A stretch of 32,000 nucleotides of DNA from Thermodesulfobacterium commune DSM 2178 (GTDB taxonomy: Bacteria; Desulfobacterota; Thermodesulfobacteria; Thermodesulfobacteriales; Thermodesulfobacteriaceae), in contig NZ_CP008796.1 of assembly GCF_000734015.1 (NCBI RefSeq), forward strand, positions 810,001 to 842,000, in the 5' to 3' direction. Positions 18,589-26,307 of the stretch are shown piece after piece (the first letter of the stretch is position 1; each line of letters begins with the position of its first letter). The position numbers were made by a program, and so were the translations under genes. The notes beneath the pieces were generated by a model that ran no database searches, was not told where the DNA came from, and saw only the letters and a program-made list of their open reading frames with translations.

Positions 18589-20952
18589 CTATTTTTTAGA
18601 CCTTTTTGTTCTTGAGGTTTTAGAGGTTCTTACCTTTTCTTTACTTAGCTCGTAAAGCCTTTTAAGACCTTTGCGAACCTCTTTATGAAAACTTTCAGGC
18701 TTTTTTCCGGTAAGAAGCTCTATCACATCATCTATCGTTTCTACAGTATACACATGAAAAACACCTTTCTCTATATCTTCCAAAACTTCATCATCTAAAA
18801 GAAGATTATCAATATTTTTACGTGGCATAATAACCCCTTGATTTCCTGTAAAATTTTTTATTTTACAAACCCGATAAAATCCCTCTATCTTTTCTTTAAT
18901 ACCCCCTACAGGTTGAATATTACCAAACTGATCGATCGATCCGGTGAGAGCAAGGTTTTGTTTAATAGGAATTTTTGATACTGCTGAAAGGATAGCCATA
19001 AGTTCTGCGGCTGAAGCACTATCGCCTTCTACCGGTTCATAAGCCTGTTCAAAAGTAAGGGTGCAAGAAAACTGAAGAGGAAAGTTGGTGCTATAACGAT
19101 GGTAAAAATATGAAGAAAGGATAAAAACACCCTTTGAGTGAATAGGTCCACTCATATCTATTTCTCTTTCTATGTTAACCACCCCTCGACTTCCAGGGAA
19201 TACATTAGCGGTTATACGAGAAGGCCTACCAAAACTGTAATCTCCGAGCATATAAACGCTGAGTCCGTTTACCTGCCCAACCTTTTCACCCTCTACATCT
19301 ATGATGATTTTTCCTTCTCTTATAAGCTCCCTTATCTTTTCCTCTATGATGTTAACCCTGTAAATTCGATCTCTAACAGCCTGTTTTATCTCTTTTTCTG
19401 TTATATATTGATTCGAAGAAAGAGTGTTTGCTTCTCTTAAAAGGTCGATTAAATTTTGTACGATTAAACTTATTTTCCTTTTATGTCCTGACTGATAAAC
19501 CGCATACCTAAAGAGCTCGCTAAGACCTGAGCTATCAAGGTCTTTTAAACCTTCTTCTACTATTACCTTTTTTACAACCTTGGGAAATAAAGATACTAGC
19601 TCTTCATCTATAGAAACCACAGGTTCAAACTCTGCTTTAAGTTTAAAAAGTTGAGGAAACTCAGGGTCATACAACATAAGAAGTTGGTAAAGGTAGGGAT
19701 CTCCTATCAAAAAGACTTTAGCAGAAAAAGGCACTGGCTCTGGCAAAATACCTACATGAGGTACAGGGATCTCCTCTATCATACCCCCCATAAGATGAAG
19801 TTCTTTATGAAGAAGTGTTCTCTTTAAAAGAAACCATACATAGGGATTCTTCAACACCTCCCAAAGATCAAGAACTACATACCCTCCGTTAGCCTTATGA
19901 AGAATACCAGCAGCTAAACTTAGATGATCAGCATAAAGTATTCCCATCTCTGCCTTATAATTTATTTGTCCAAAAAGCCCTTTCAAAGTAGGTATTCTTT
20001 CATAAACTACAGGTGCACCCTTGGTTTCAGAATTATCAACCAGTACGTTTACTCTAAAAATGTTTAACGCACGGTTGATGTTATTCTGAACAATGACGTT
20101 ACCTTTTAATTTTTCCCAGTCTATAAATAGTTGAATATTTTTAACAAGTTCTTGTTTAAAACTTTTTAAATATCCCTGAAAACCCTCTACCTCAGAAAAT
20201 TCTTCTTCTAAAGTTTTACACGCTTTATCCACCAAACTTTCAGCAATCTTTTGTCTTAACTTTAAAAGGTTTTCTCCTAAGATATTATCGAGCTCTCTTA
20301 GCTTCCGTAGGTAATCCCTAAATTTAGGTTCAAAGGCCTCAAGGTTTTTATGATACTCTTCTCTAAGCTGAGGATTATTTAAAAGCTCTTCTTGAGGAAG
20401 AGAAGTTTGTACCTTAAAAAGAGGCATTAACCTTACCCCTTCAGGACCAAAAAGAACCATCAAATTATAAGATTTAGCCTCCTCCACTAATTGGTTTATT
20501 ACTTCCTCTTTCTTTCGGTCGATTTCCTTGGTGATTGCATTTAACTCTTCTTCGTACTCTTTACCTTCAAAAGCTTTTATAGTTTCATTTTTTAAGAATT
20601 CTAAGATGTTTTCTATATGCTCAGCCAATTTTTTTCCATAACCTGGAGGAAGGATCAAAACCTTCGGTTTATAAGGCTCTTGAAAATTATTTACATAACA
20701 GATGTCTTTAGGAGTAGGCTTAGAAGAAGCTATCTCTTTTAGTCTTTTTAATGTATATCTAGTCCTTCCTATACCATTAGGACCACAAACATAAACATTA
20801 TAATCCTCTTTGTCGATGCTTAAAGCAAGGTCAAAGGTCTTTTCAACCCGTTTTTGTTTAAAATAACATTCCTCAACCTGAATATTCTCAGTGCCAAAAG
20901 AAAACTCTATTCCTATTTTTAGATCCCTTTCTTCAACCTTTCGCCAGCTCAT
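18589..20952 (-). CDS. Lon-like serine protease with degenerate AAA-like domain (LonC-like)
   Basis: C-terminal Lon protease domain with Ser in PVEGDSASAAEL and Lys in GGIKEKIEGF. The N-terminal P-loop reads GPNGIGRT (Arg for Lys) and the Walker B position reads GGYVVLDL. A long helical insertion lies between them. Confidence 0.8.
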   Translation of the reverse strand: MSWRKVEERDLKIGIEFSFGTENIQVEECYFKQKRVEKTFDLALSIDKEDYNVYVCGPNGIGRTRYTLKRLKEIASSKPTPKDICYVNNFQEPYKPKVLILPPGYGKKLAEHIENILEFLKNETIKAFEGKEYEEELNAITKEIDRKKEEVINQLVEEAKSYNLMVLFGPEGVRLMPLFKVQTSLPQEELLNNPQLREEYHKNLEAFEPKFRDYLRKLRELDNILGENLLKLRQKIAESLVDKACKTLEEEFSEVEGFQGYLKSFKQELVKNIQLFIDWEKLKGNVIVQNNINRALNIFRVNVLVDNSETKGAPVVYERIPTLKGLFGQINYKAEMGILYADHLSLAAGILHKANGGYVVLDLWEVLKNPYVWFLLKRTLLHKELHLMGGMIEEIPVPHVGILPEPVPFSAKVFLIGDPYLYQLLMLYDPEFPQLFKLKAEFEPVVSIDEELVSLFPKVVKKVIVEEGLKDLDSSGLSELFRYAVYQSGHKRKISLIVQNLIDLLREANTLSSNQYITEKEIKQAVRDRIYRVNIIEEKIRELIREGKIIIDVEGEKVGQVNGLSVYMLGDYSFGRPSRITANVFPGSRGVVNIEREIDMSGPIHSKGVFILSSYFYHRYSTNFPLQFSCTLTFEQAYEPVEGDSASAAELMAILSAVSKIPIKQNLALTGSIDQFGNIQPVGGIKEKIEGFYRVCKIKNFTGNQGVIMPRKNIDNLLLDDEVLEDIEKGVFHVYTVETIDDVIELLTGKKPESFHKEVRKGLKRLYELSKEKVRTSKTSRTKRSKK

Positions 20953-20959
20953 AATCGAA

Positions 20960-20987
20960 ATTTTAAAATAAAAAAAACAAAAGGCAA
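20960..20987 (-). promoter_or_regulatory. Candidate promoter placing the transcription start at or next to the Lon-like ATG
   Basis: Minus strand TTGCCT (20987-20982), 16-nt spacer, TAAAAT (20965-20960). Only 7 nt (TTCGATT) separate the -10 box from the ATG at 20952, and there is no SD. Confidence 0.3.
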
Positions 20988-21034
20988 GCCTTTTTAGTAT
21001 TTTCTAGTAAAACTTATTACGGAAAAGCGGAGGA

Positions 21035-21086
21035 TTGACTTAAAAGATATAAAGTTTAAAATTTTTATTATAAGCAGCCATATAAT
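21035..21086 (+). promoter_or_regulatory. Candidate promoter region for the glycine-zipper lipoprotein gene
   Basis: TTGACT (21035-21040), 16-nt spacer, TAAAAT (21057-21062). A consensus TATAAT also lies at 21081-21086 but lacks a good -35. Confidence 0.3.
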
Positions 21087-21107
21087 ACCTTGAGAAGGAG
21101 GAGGGTC

Positions 21108-21521
21108 ATGAAAAACAAACTTATGCGTTATTTCAGTTTTTTTATGATTTTTTGTTTGATAGGATATTTGCTTACCGGATGTGTTCCTGAAACGAGTCAA
21201 AAAACTAAGGAAGGAGCTACCATAGGTGCTGTAGCTGGAGCAGTTTTAGGTGCTCTGATAGATAAAAATAATCGGTGGAGGGGAGCGGTTATAGGTGGAG
21301 TTATCGGTGGCATCATCGGAGGGACTGCTGGAAGTATCATGAATAAAGCAGCTACTGAAGCAGCCATTACAGGAAAACCAGTAGAGTACGTCAGTGAAGA
21401 CCAGGTCCAAAAGGTTTATGCTACCCCTATAGGGAAAAAGGACAACTGCGAACAAGTAAAAGTACAATACTATGAATATGGAAAATTAGTAAAGGAAGAA
21501 ATAAAAACCGTCTGCAATTAA
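21108..21521 (+). CDS. Glycine-zipper lipoprotein (SlyB/Pcp/17-kDa-antigen-like)
   Basis: Lipobox LLTGC, Gly-zipper GATIGAVAGAVLGAL..GAVIGGVIGGIIGGTAGS. ATG 21108 follows GAAGGAGGAGGG, which makes TTG 21090 unlikely. Confidence 0.65.
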   Translation: MKNKLMRYFSFFMIFCLIGYLLTGCVPETSQKTKEGATIGAVAGAVLGALIDKNNRWRGAVIGGVIGGIIGGTAGSIMNKAATEAAITGKPVEYVSEDQVQKVYATPIGKKDNCEQVKVQYYEYGKLVKEEIKTVCN

Positions 21522-21540
21522 ACCATTCTATCTAAGCTTT

Positions 21541-22740
21541 CTATACAAGTAGAGATAGGGCCTGCTTTATCCTATGGCAGGCCTCTATTAATTTTTCTTC
21601 AGAGTTTGCAAAAGAAAGTCTTATAAACCGGTCGTCTCCAAAAGCTATCCCAGGAACAACAGCAACTCTTGCTTCATCTAATAGATATTCAGCTAAGTCT
21701 AAAGAACTAACGATTTCTTTTCCTTCTTTGGTTTTCTTTCCATAATAAGCTGAAACGTCAGCAAAAAGATAAAAAGCACCTTTAGGTTCGATAAACTTTA
21801 TACCAGGAATTTTTTTCAATTCTTCAGAAAGTATCTTTGCTCTTTTAGCAAAAACACGGCACATTTTTTCTACCTCTTCTTGAGAAGAGGTAAGAGCGGT
21901 TTCACAGGCTTTCTGGGCAAAGCTGGTAGCATGAGAAGTACTCTGGCCCTGTATGTTAGCACAAATTTTTATTATCTCCTTTGGTCCAACAAGCCAACCT
22001 ATCCTCCAACCAGTCATGGCATAGGTTTTAGAAACCCCGTTTACTATAAAAACTCTTTCTTTAAAATCTGGTGCCACAGATAATATGTTTTTAGGTGGCG
22101 CAAAGTCAAATCTTAGTTTATCATAAATGTCATCACTTAGTACCCAAATGTCTTTTCCTCTTAACAATTCTGCAAGGTCTTTTAAAAATCTATCAGAGTA
22201 AATACAGCCTGTAGGATTTGAAGGGCTGTTAAGAATAATACCTACGGTATTAGAATTAATAGCTGCCTCGATATCACTGATAGATGGCTCAAAATTATTA
22301 GCCATGTCAGAGGGGATAAACTTTGGAGTACCTCCAGCTAACTCCACCATTGCAGGATAAGAAACCCAGTAAGGAGAAAGGATTAAAACCTCGTCTCCTT
22401 TATCAACCAAAGCTAATAGCAAATTAAAGATAGCTTGTTTTGCTCCTGTAGTTACCAATACCTCTTCTGGTGTATATTCAAACCCATAGTCTGCTTTTAT
22501 CCTTTCACATATAGCCTTCCTTAAACTTAAAAGTCCAGGAGTTGGGATATACTTAGTTAAACCCTCATCCAAGGCTTTCTTACAACTTTCTTTAATGTAA
22601 GAGGGAGTATCAAAATCTGGCTCCCCTGCAGAAAGATTAATCACGTCAATTCCTTGAGATTTCAAGGCTTTGGCCTTTGCATCTACCGCTAAAGTGGCAG
22701 AGGGTTTTAAATTTTTGGCTCTTTCAGAAAGTTTAAACAT
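21541..22740 (-). CDS. PLP-dependent class I aminotransferase, aspartate aminotransferase-like
   Basis: LSAGEPDF, NSPSNPTG, PLP lysine in GVSKTYAMTGWRIGW, 399 aa. GGAGGAG SD. Confidence 0.85.
   Translation of the reverse strand: MFKLSERAKNLKPSATLAVDAKAKALKSQGIDVINLSAGEPDFDTPSYIKESCKKALDEGLTKYIPTPGLLSLRKAICERIKADYGFEYTPEEVLVTTGAKQAIFNLLLALVDKGDEVLILSPYWVSYPAMVELAGGTPKFIPSDMANNFEPSISDIEAAINSNTVGIILNSPSNPTGCIYSDRFLKDLAELLRGKDIWVLSDDIYDKLRFDFAPPKNILSVAPDFKERVFIVNGVSKTYAMTGWRIGWLVGPKEIIKICANIQGQSTSHATSFAQKACETALTSSQEEVEKMCRVFAKRAKILSEELKKIPGIKFIEPKGAFYLFADVSAYYGKKTKEGKEIVSSLDLAEYLLDEARVAVVPGIAFGDDRFIRLSFANSEEKLIEACHRIKQALSLLV
21558..21600 (+). terminator. Candidate intrinsic terminator for the lipoprotein gene, embedded in the 3' coding end of the convergent aminotransferase gene
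   Basis: GGCCTGC (21559-21565) pairs with GCAGGCC (21577-21583) across an 11-nt loop. It is followed by CTCTATTAATTTTTCTT on the plus strand, and the GC-rich stem stands out in AT-rich DNA. Confidence 0.35.
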
Positions 22741-22780
22741 AACGCTCCTCCGTAAATCTCTTTAATTTTATTTAAAACTC

Positions 22781-23563
22781 TTATTCAAGCTTTCCAACTC
22801 CTGTAGCTTTAAATTCTACCACTACTTGAACTGGTCTGTCAACAGGTAAGGGAGAGGCGGTTTTCAAACATCTTTCCACGGCAGAATTAAACTCCCCAAC
22901 TGAAGATTTTTTGATAAAAGCATAACTTACCAACCTTCCGTCAGACCCTATGTTTATCCTTACCATAGCTGCTAAGTCCTTCTGAGTTCTTAGATAGATA
23001 GGAATTTCAAAATGGTTTTGCAACTTCCTTTTTATCAAAAGCAGATATTCTTGACTTAAAGCTTGACCACCTGCTTTAAAACCGTAGGTTCCCTGACCTA
23101 AAGAGTACCCTGTACTTCCTCCATGACTGCCTTGCTGTTCTATCCTATAGTTTGCACTCACTCCTTCTTTAGCTTTCTTTTTTAGACTCGCAATTTTTTT
23201 GTTTAAAAGACCTAATTCTTCTGTTGTAGTTTCTACCTCTTTTTGTTTTGACTTTATGATCCTGGTTAATCTTTCTTCCAATAATTTCTCCTCTTTATTT
23301 TCTGTTATATCAAATTTTCCCTCCTTTTTAGATACTAAGTCCTTAGACAAAGTTCTGTCTTTTCCAAGCTCAGTTCTCTCCCAAGGTTCTGAATCTGGAT
23401 GAACATTTAGATTTTTTGATGTTATAACATTAGAAACTAATTTTACTTTTAAAGTCTCAGTTGTTTTAGAAGTAAACTGAAGGTTAGAAAAAAGTAAAAA
23501 CAAGAAGCAAAGGTTTAAAAACAAAGAAAAAATAAAATAAACTAAGTTGTATCGTATAAACAT
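22781..23563 (-). CDS. TonB/TolA-family energy transducer
   Basis: N-terminal TM anchor, KE-rich coiled linker, and a C-terminal TonB_C/TolA_III-like domain (MVRINIGSDGRLVSYAFIKKSSVGEFNSAVERCLKTASPLPV). Lies 8 nt downstream of exbD/tolR. Confidence 0.55.
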   Translation of the reverse strand: MFIRYNLVYFIFSLFLNLCFLFLLFSNLQFTSKTTETLKVKLVSNVITSKNLNVHPDSEPWERTELGKDRTLSKDLVSKKEGKFDITENKEEKLLEERLTRIIKSKQKEVETTTEELGLLNKKIASLKKKAKEGVSANYRIEQQGSHGGSTGYSLGQGTYGFKAGGQALSQEYLLLIKRKLQNHFEIPIYLRTQKDLAAMVRINIGSDGRLVSYAFIKKSSVGEFNSAVERCLKTASPLPVDRPVQVVVEFKATGVGKLE

Positions 23564-23571
23564 TGTATTGG

Positions 23572-23970
23572 TTAGTGTTCAGATTGCGTTAACAAACCCA
23601 GTTCTGAAAACCCAGCTTTTTTTAATTCAGAAAGCACCTTAGCTACTATGCCGTAAGGGCAATCTTTATCAGCTTCTATCTGAATTTCTTTGGCTAACTC
23701 TCTTTGTTTGGCTTCTTCAGCCCATCTGGACAAAACCTCTAAACTTATTTCTTGTCCATAAAGCTTGATCTTTCCTTCTTTGGTAATGGTAATCTTAATT
23801 GGCTGAACTTCCTTTTGGGCTATAGGAAAATCTTTGGTTTTAGGAAGTTCTACTTCAATTCCAGAGGTCATAAGAGGAGCTGTTATCATGAAGATGATAA
23901 GGATCACCAAAACCACATCAACCAAAGGAATGATGTTTATTTCTCCCTGAAGGTCTTTACCTATTTTCAT
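23572..23970 (-). CDS. ExbD/TolR-family biopolymer transport protein
   Basis: 132 aa. EINIIPLVDVVLVILIIFMITAP TM segment with the conserved Asp, followed by a periplasmic domain. Confidence 0.8.
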   Translation of the reverse strand: MKIGKDLQGEINIIPLVDVVLVILIIFMITAPLMTSGIEVELPKTKDFPIAQKEVQPIKITITKEGKIKLYGQEISLEVLSRWAEEAKQRELAKEIQIEADKDCPYGIVAKVLSELKKAGFSELGLLTQSEH

Positions 23971-23985
23971 CAGACTACAAAGGTA

Positions 23986-24711
23986 TTACCATAAGTTTTC
24001 TTCAGAAAGAAGAACATCCCGAATGTAAATTATTCCCTTTTCTAAAAGTTTTTCTTCAGGAAGTTCAAGATCATCTTTAGAAAAATCTGCTACCTCACCC
24101 TTCTTTATCATCTCTTTTAATTCAGGCAAATTATAAGAAAACAAAAATATAAGTTCAAGTACATCAGCAGTTAAAGGAGTGTCTATAAATTTCTGTCTTT
24201 TTGACACCACTTCAGCCCAAAGGTCATTATAGTATAAATATTCTTCTAATCCTTGCTCTTTAATATATTCCACAACTTTGATAACCCTAGGTTCATAATG
24301 ACCTTTGCAATGGGTTTCTCTGATGATTTTAAAGATTTCCTGTTTTTCTCCTTTTTGGTCTTTGCTGATGTATCTTGCTAAAGGATAGAGCCTGCAAGAA
24401 GCAGGCCTATCCCGATAAACCTTACAACCTTCCTTTTCATCTAAAAAGGGACAAGCCATCGAATAGGGGTCCATGTTAACAGAAATAACCGGAAGTTGGG
24501 TCACCTCACCGATGTAGGCCTCTCCAAACTTTTCTACAAACTCCTCAACTGAGAGGTTTAATGCTTTTCTTAATCTTAAGAAATCATAGGGAGTAAGCAC
24601 AAGTTTCACATCATAACAACAGCGGTTAAAACATACAATCCCTTTATAACAGGCAAACTTTATCTGGTCTTCAAGGGTAAAATCCTTAGGGTCAAAAATA
24701 AACTGATGCAT
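23986..24711 (-). CDS. YkgJ-family (UPF0153) cysteine-cluster zinc/iron-chelating protein
   Basis: CFNRCCYDV..LTPYD, then CPFLDEKEGCKVYRDRPASCRLYP. 241 aa with an extra C-terminal helical region. ATG shares one base with the fbp stop (TAATG). Confidence 0.65.
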   Translation of the reverse strand: MHQFIFDPKDFTLEDQIKFACYKGIVCFNRCCYDVKLVLTPYDFLRLRKALNLSVEEFVEKFGEAYIGEVTQLPVISVNMDPYSMACPFLDEKEGCKVYRDRPASCRLYPLARYISKDQKGEKQEIFKIIRETHCKGHYEPRVIKVVEYIKEQGLEEYLYYNDLWAEVVSKRQKFIDTPLTADVLELIFLFSYNLPELKEMIKKGEVADFSKDDLELPEEKLLEKGIIYIRDVLLSEENLW

Positions 24712-25850
24712 TATTCTGCTATTTCTCCTTCAGAAGAAAATTTAGGTTTTTTTGTTTCTACCAGCTTAAACCTATCTTTTAGCTTTTCAAGCACCTTAGG
24801 AAGGGTGGTATACTCCATCTCTTCAGGAGGAAGTCTGTGAGGTTCAAAAATTCCTTGACGTCTTAGTATATTTGCCATCTTGTTACATTCTTCTCTTGCA
24901 TGATCAAAGGCAGGGTCATCAAACAAGTCAGATGGTCCGATCAAATACCCATCTGCTATCTGATAACCCGCTGCTATCACACGAGGAGGCCCGTCAAACC
25001 TGGTGGGTTTAGCATTTTTAAAAGCTACTGGCATAAGAGGCCCGGTATGAGACCCTCTCATCCATCCTTCTACCAGCCAAGGCCTTGCAAAAGGCTCTAA
25101 AATCTCACCTACGGCTGGAAAACCGCTCTGAGCTCTAACGATAAGCACTGGGTCGTCTTTTCCCACATACCTTCCTGCCATAAAAGAAAGTTTCTGAGTA
25201 GAAGCAGCGGCTGCTATCTCTCCGTCAGATTTTCTATAGACAGCCCTTACTACATATCTGCTGGTAGCACCTATAAAAACCAAAAGGTCATAAAGTTCTT
25301 CAGGTGTTTTTAGTTGGATACCCATACCGGTATAGGCATCCATCACGTCGAAAATAAAACCTTCATGCATAGAAGGGTCTATCACCAGCCCTGCAGTGTT
25401 CATAGGGTCAGCAAACATCTCATAAAGTGGTAAGTTCCAGGCACTGGGAGAGGTTTTGTCTGCAAAAAACACAATAACAGGTTCGCTTTTCCTTTCTACA
25501 AACTCCATCTCTGCTATCCCTGGTCCCATTCCCTTAACATTACCTGAAAAAGCCTCAGCCAAAAGGTCTTGTCCTGCACCATACATCTTTAATTTTTTAG
25601 CAACTTCTGTCCCTTCTTTAAAAGCATTCCATGCAAGTTCATGAACCTCTGAAGAATCAACCCCTTTAGTATGGGTCATGACTAAAGCTATATCATCTCC
25701 GCAAACCAAAACAGAAACATCTCTGATTATCCCTTTATCTTTTCCATCTTCAGCTACTTCTTTAACCTTGGCAAGCACATCTTTATGAACAGAAGAATGA
25801 CCTACGAACCCTCCGATATCAGCTTTTATAACTGATAATGTAAGCTTCAT
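24711..25850 (-). CDS. fbp: Fructose-1,6-bisphosphate aldolase/phosphatase (class V FBPase, bifunctional)
   Basis: MKLTLSVIKADIGGFVGHS N-terminus, GDDIALVMTH, GWMRGSHTGPLMPV, 379 aa. GGAGG SD. Confidence 0.92.
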   Translation of the reverse strand: MKLTLSVIKADIGGFVGHSSVHKDVLAKVKEVAEDGKDKGIIRDVSVLVCGDDIALVMTHTKGVDSSEVHELAWNAFKEGTEVAKKLKMYGAGQDLLAEAFSGNVKGMGPGIAEMEFVERKSEPVIVFFADKTSPSAWNLPLYEMFADPMNTAGLVIDPSMHEGFIFDVMDAYTGMGIQLKTPEELYDLLVFIGATSRYVVRAVYRKSDGEIAAAASTQKLSFMAGRYVGKDDPVLIVRAQSGFPAVGEILEPFARPWLVEGWMRGSHTGPLMPVAFKNAKPTRFDGPPRVIAAGYQIADGYLIGPSDLFDDPAFDHAREECNKMANILRRQGIFEPHRLPPEEMEYTTLPKVLEKLKDRFKLVETKKPKFSSEGEIAE

Positions 25851-25910
25851 AGCAGCCTCCTTTACAAATTTTAATTTTTACCGAAAATAAATAAAATAAG
25901 ATTTGAATGA

Positions 25911-25939
25911 ATTATAGCACATACTCATAAAAATGTAAA
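25911..25939 (-). promoter_or_regulatory. Candidate sigma-70 promoter for fbp
   Basis: Minus strand TTTACA (25939-25934), 17-nt spacer, consensus TATAAT (25916-25911). Leader of about 50 nt to the GGAGG-ATG. Confidence 0.5.
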
Positions 25940-25945
25940 CCAAAA

Positions 25946-26242
25946 ATGGAAGACCAAAACCACGAAAAAACAGCAGTAGCCCTTAAATATGAGCCAGGAG
26001 ATGAAGCTCCTAAGGTAGTAGCCAAAGGGAAGGGGTATCTTGCTGACCTTATACTCGAGATAGCTAAAAACCATAACATCCCGATTAAAAAAGACTCTAA
26101 ATTAGTACAACAACTGTATAAGATCGAATTAGAAAAACCTATACCTCCAGAACTTTATCAAACAGTAGCTGCTGTATTAGCCTGGGCTTATAATTTAAAT
26201 CAAAAATTAAAAGAGAAATTTATCAAAAATTTTTCAAAATAA
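25946..26242 (+). CDS. Stand-alone FlhB C-terminal-domain homolog (EscU/YscU/HrcU-like, COG2257/YlqH type)
   Basis: 98 aa. [75 protein letters not shown], with no TM region. Confidence 0.75.
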   Translation: MEDQNHEKTAVALKYEPGDEAPKVVAKGKGYLADLILEIAKNHNIPIKKDSKLVQQLYKIELEKPIPPELYQTVAAVLAWAYNLNQKLKEKFIKNFSK

Positions 26243-26246
26243 AGAC

Positions 26247-26274
26247 TTGTCAATTTTAAAAAATTCGTTATAAC
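26247..26274 (+). promoter_or_regulatory. Candidate promoter for the gcvH-like/fabD pair
   Basis: TTGTCA (26247-26252), 16-nt spacer, TATAAC (26269-26274). GGAGGT SD before ATG 26308. Confidence 0.3.
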
Positions 26275-26307
26275 ACTCTTTTAATTACAATCTCACGGAG
26301 GTTTTTT

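Noticed and set aside
18589-20952. Lon-like protease as BrxL of a BREX system
   Set aside because: No PglX methyltransferase, BrxC ATPase, PglZ or other BREX genes flank it. The neighbours are icd and a lipoprotein gene. The architecture fits LonC/LonB-type housekeeping proteases better.
9122-21107. Upstream TTG starts suggested by the ORF track at 9122 (gspE-like), 11922 (beta-CASP RNase) and 21090 (lipoprotein)
   Set aside because: In the latter two cases a downstream ATG is preceded by a strong GGAGG-type SD at ideal spacing (11943, 21108), and for 21090 the TTG codon itself lies inside that SD. For 9122 versus 9128 the evidence is weak either way, and ATG was chosen.
20994-21200. 68-aa minus-strand ORF in the Lon-like/lipoprotein divergent region
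   Set aside because: It overlaps the promoter region and the 5' end of the lipoprotein gene on the other strand. It has no SD, and its composition looks non-coding.
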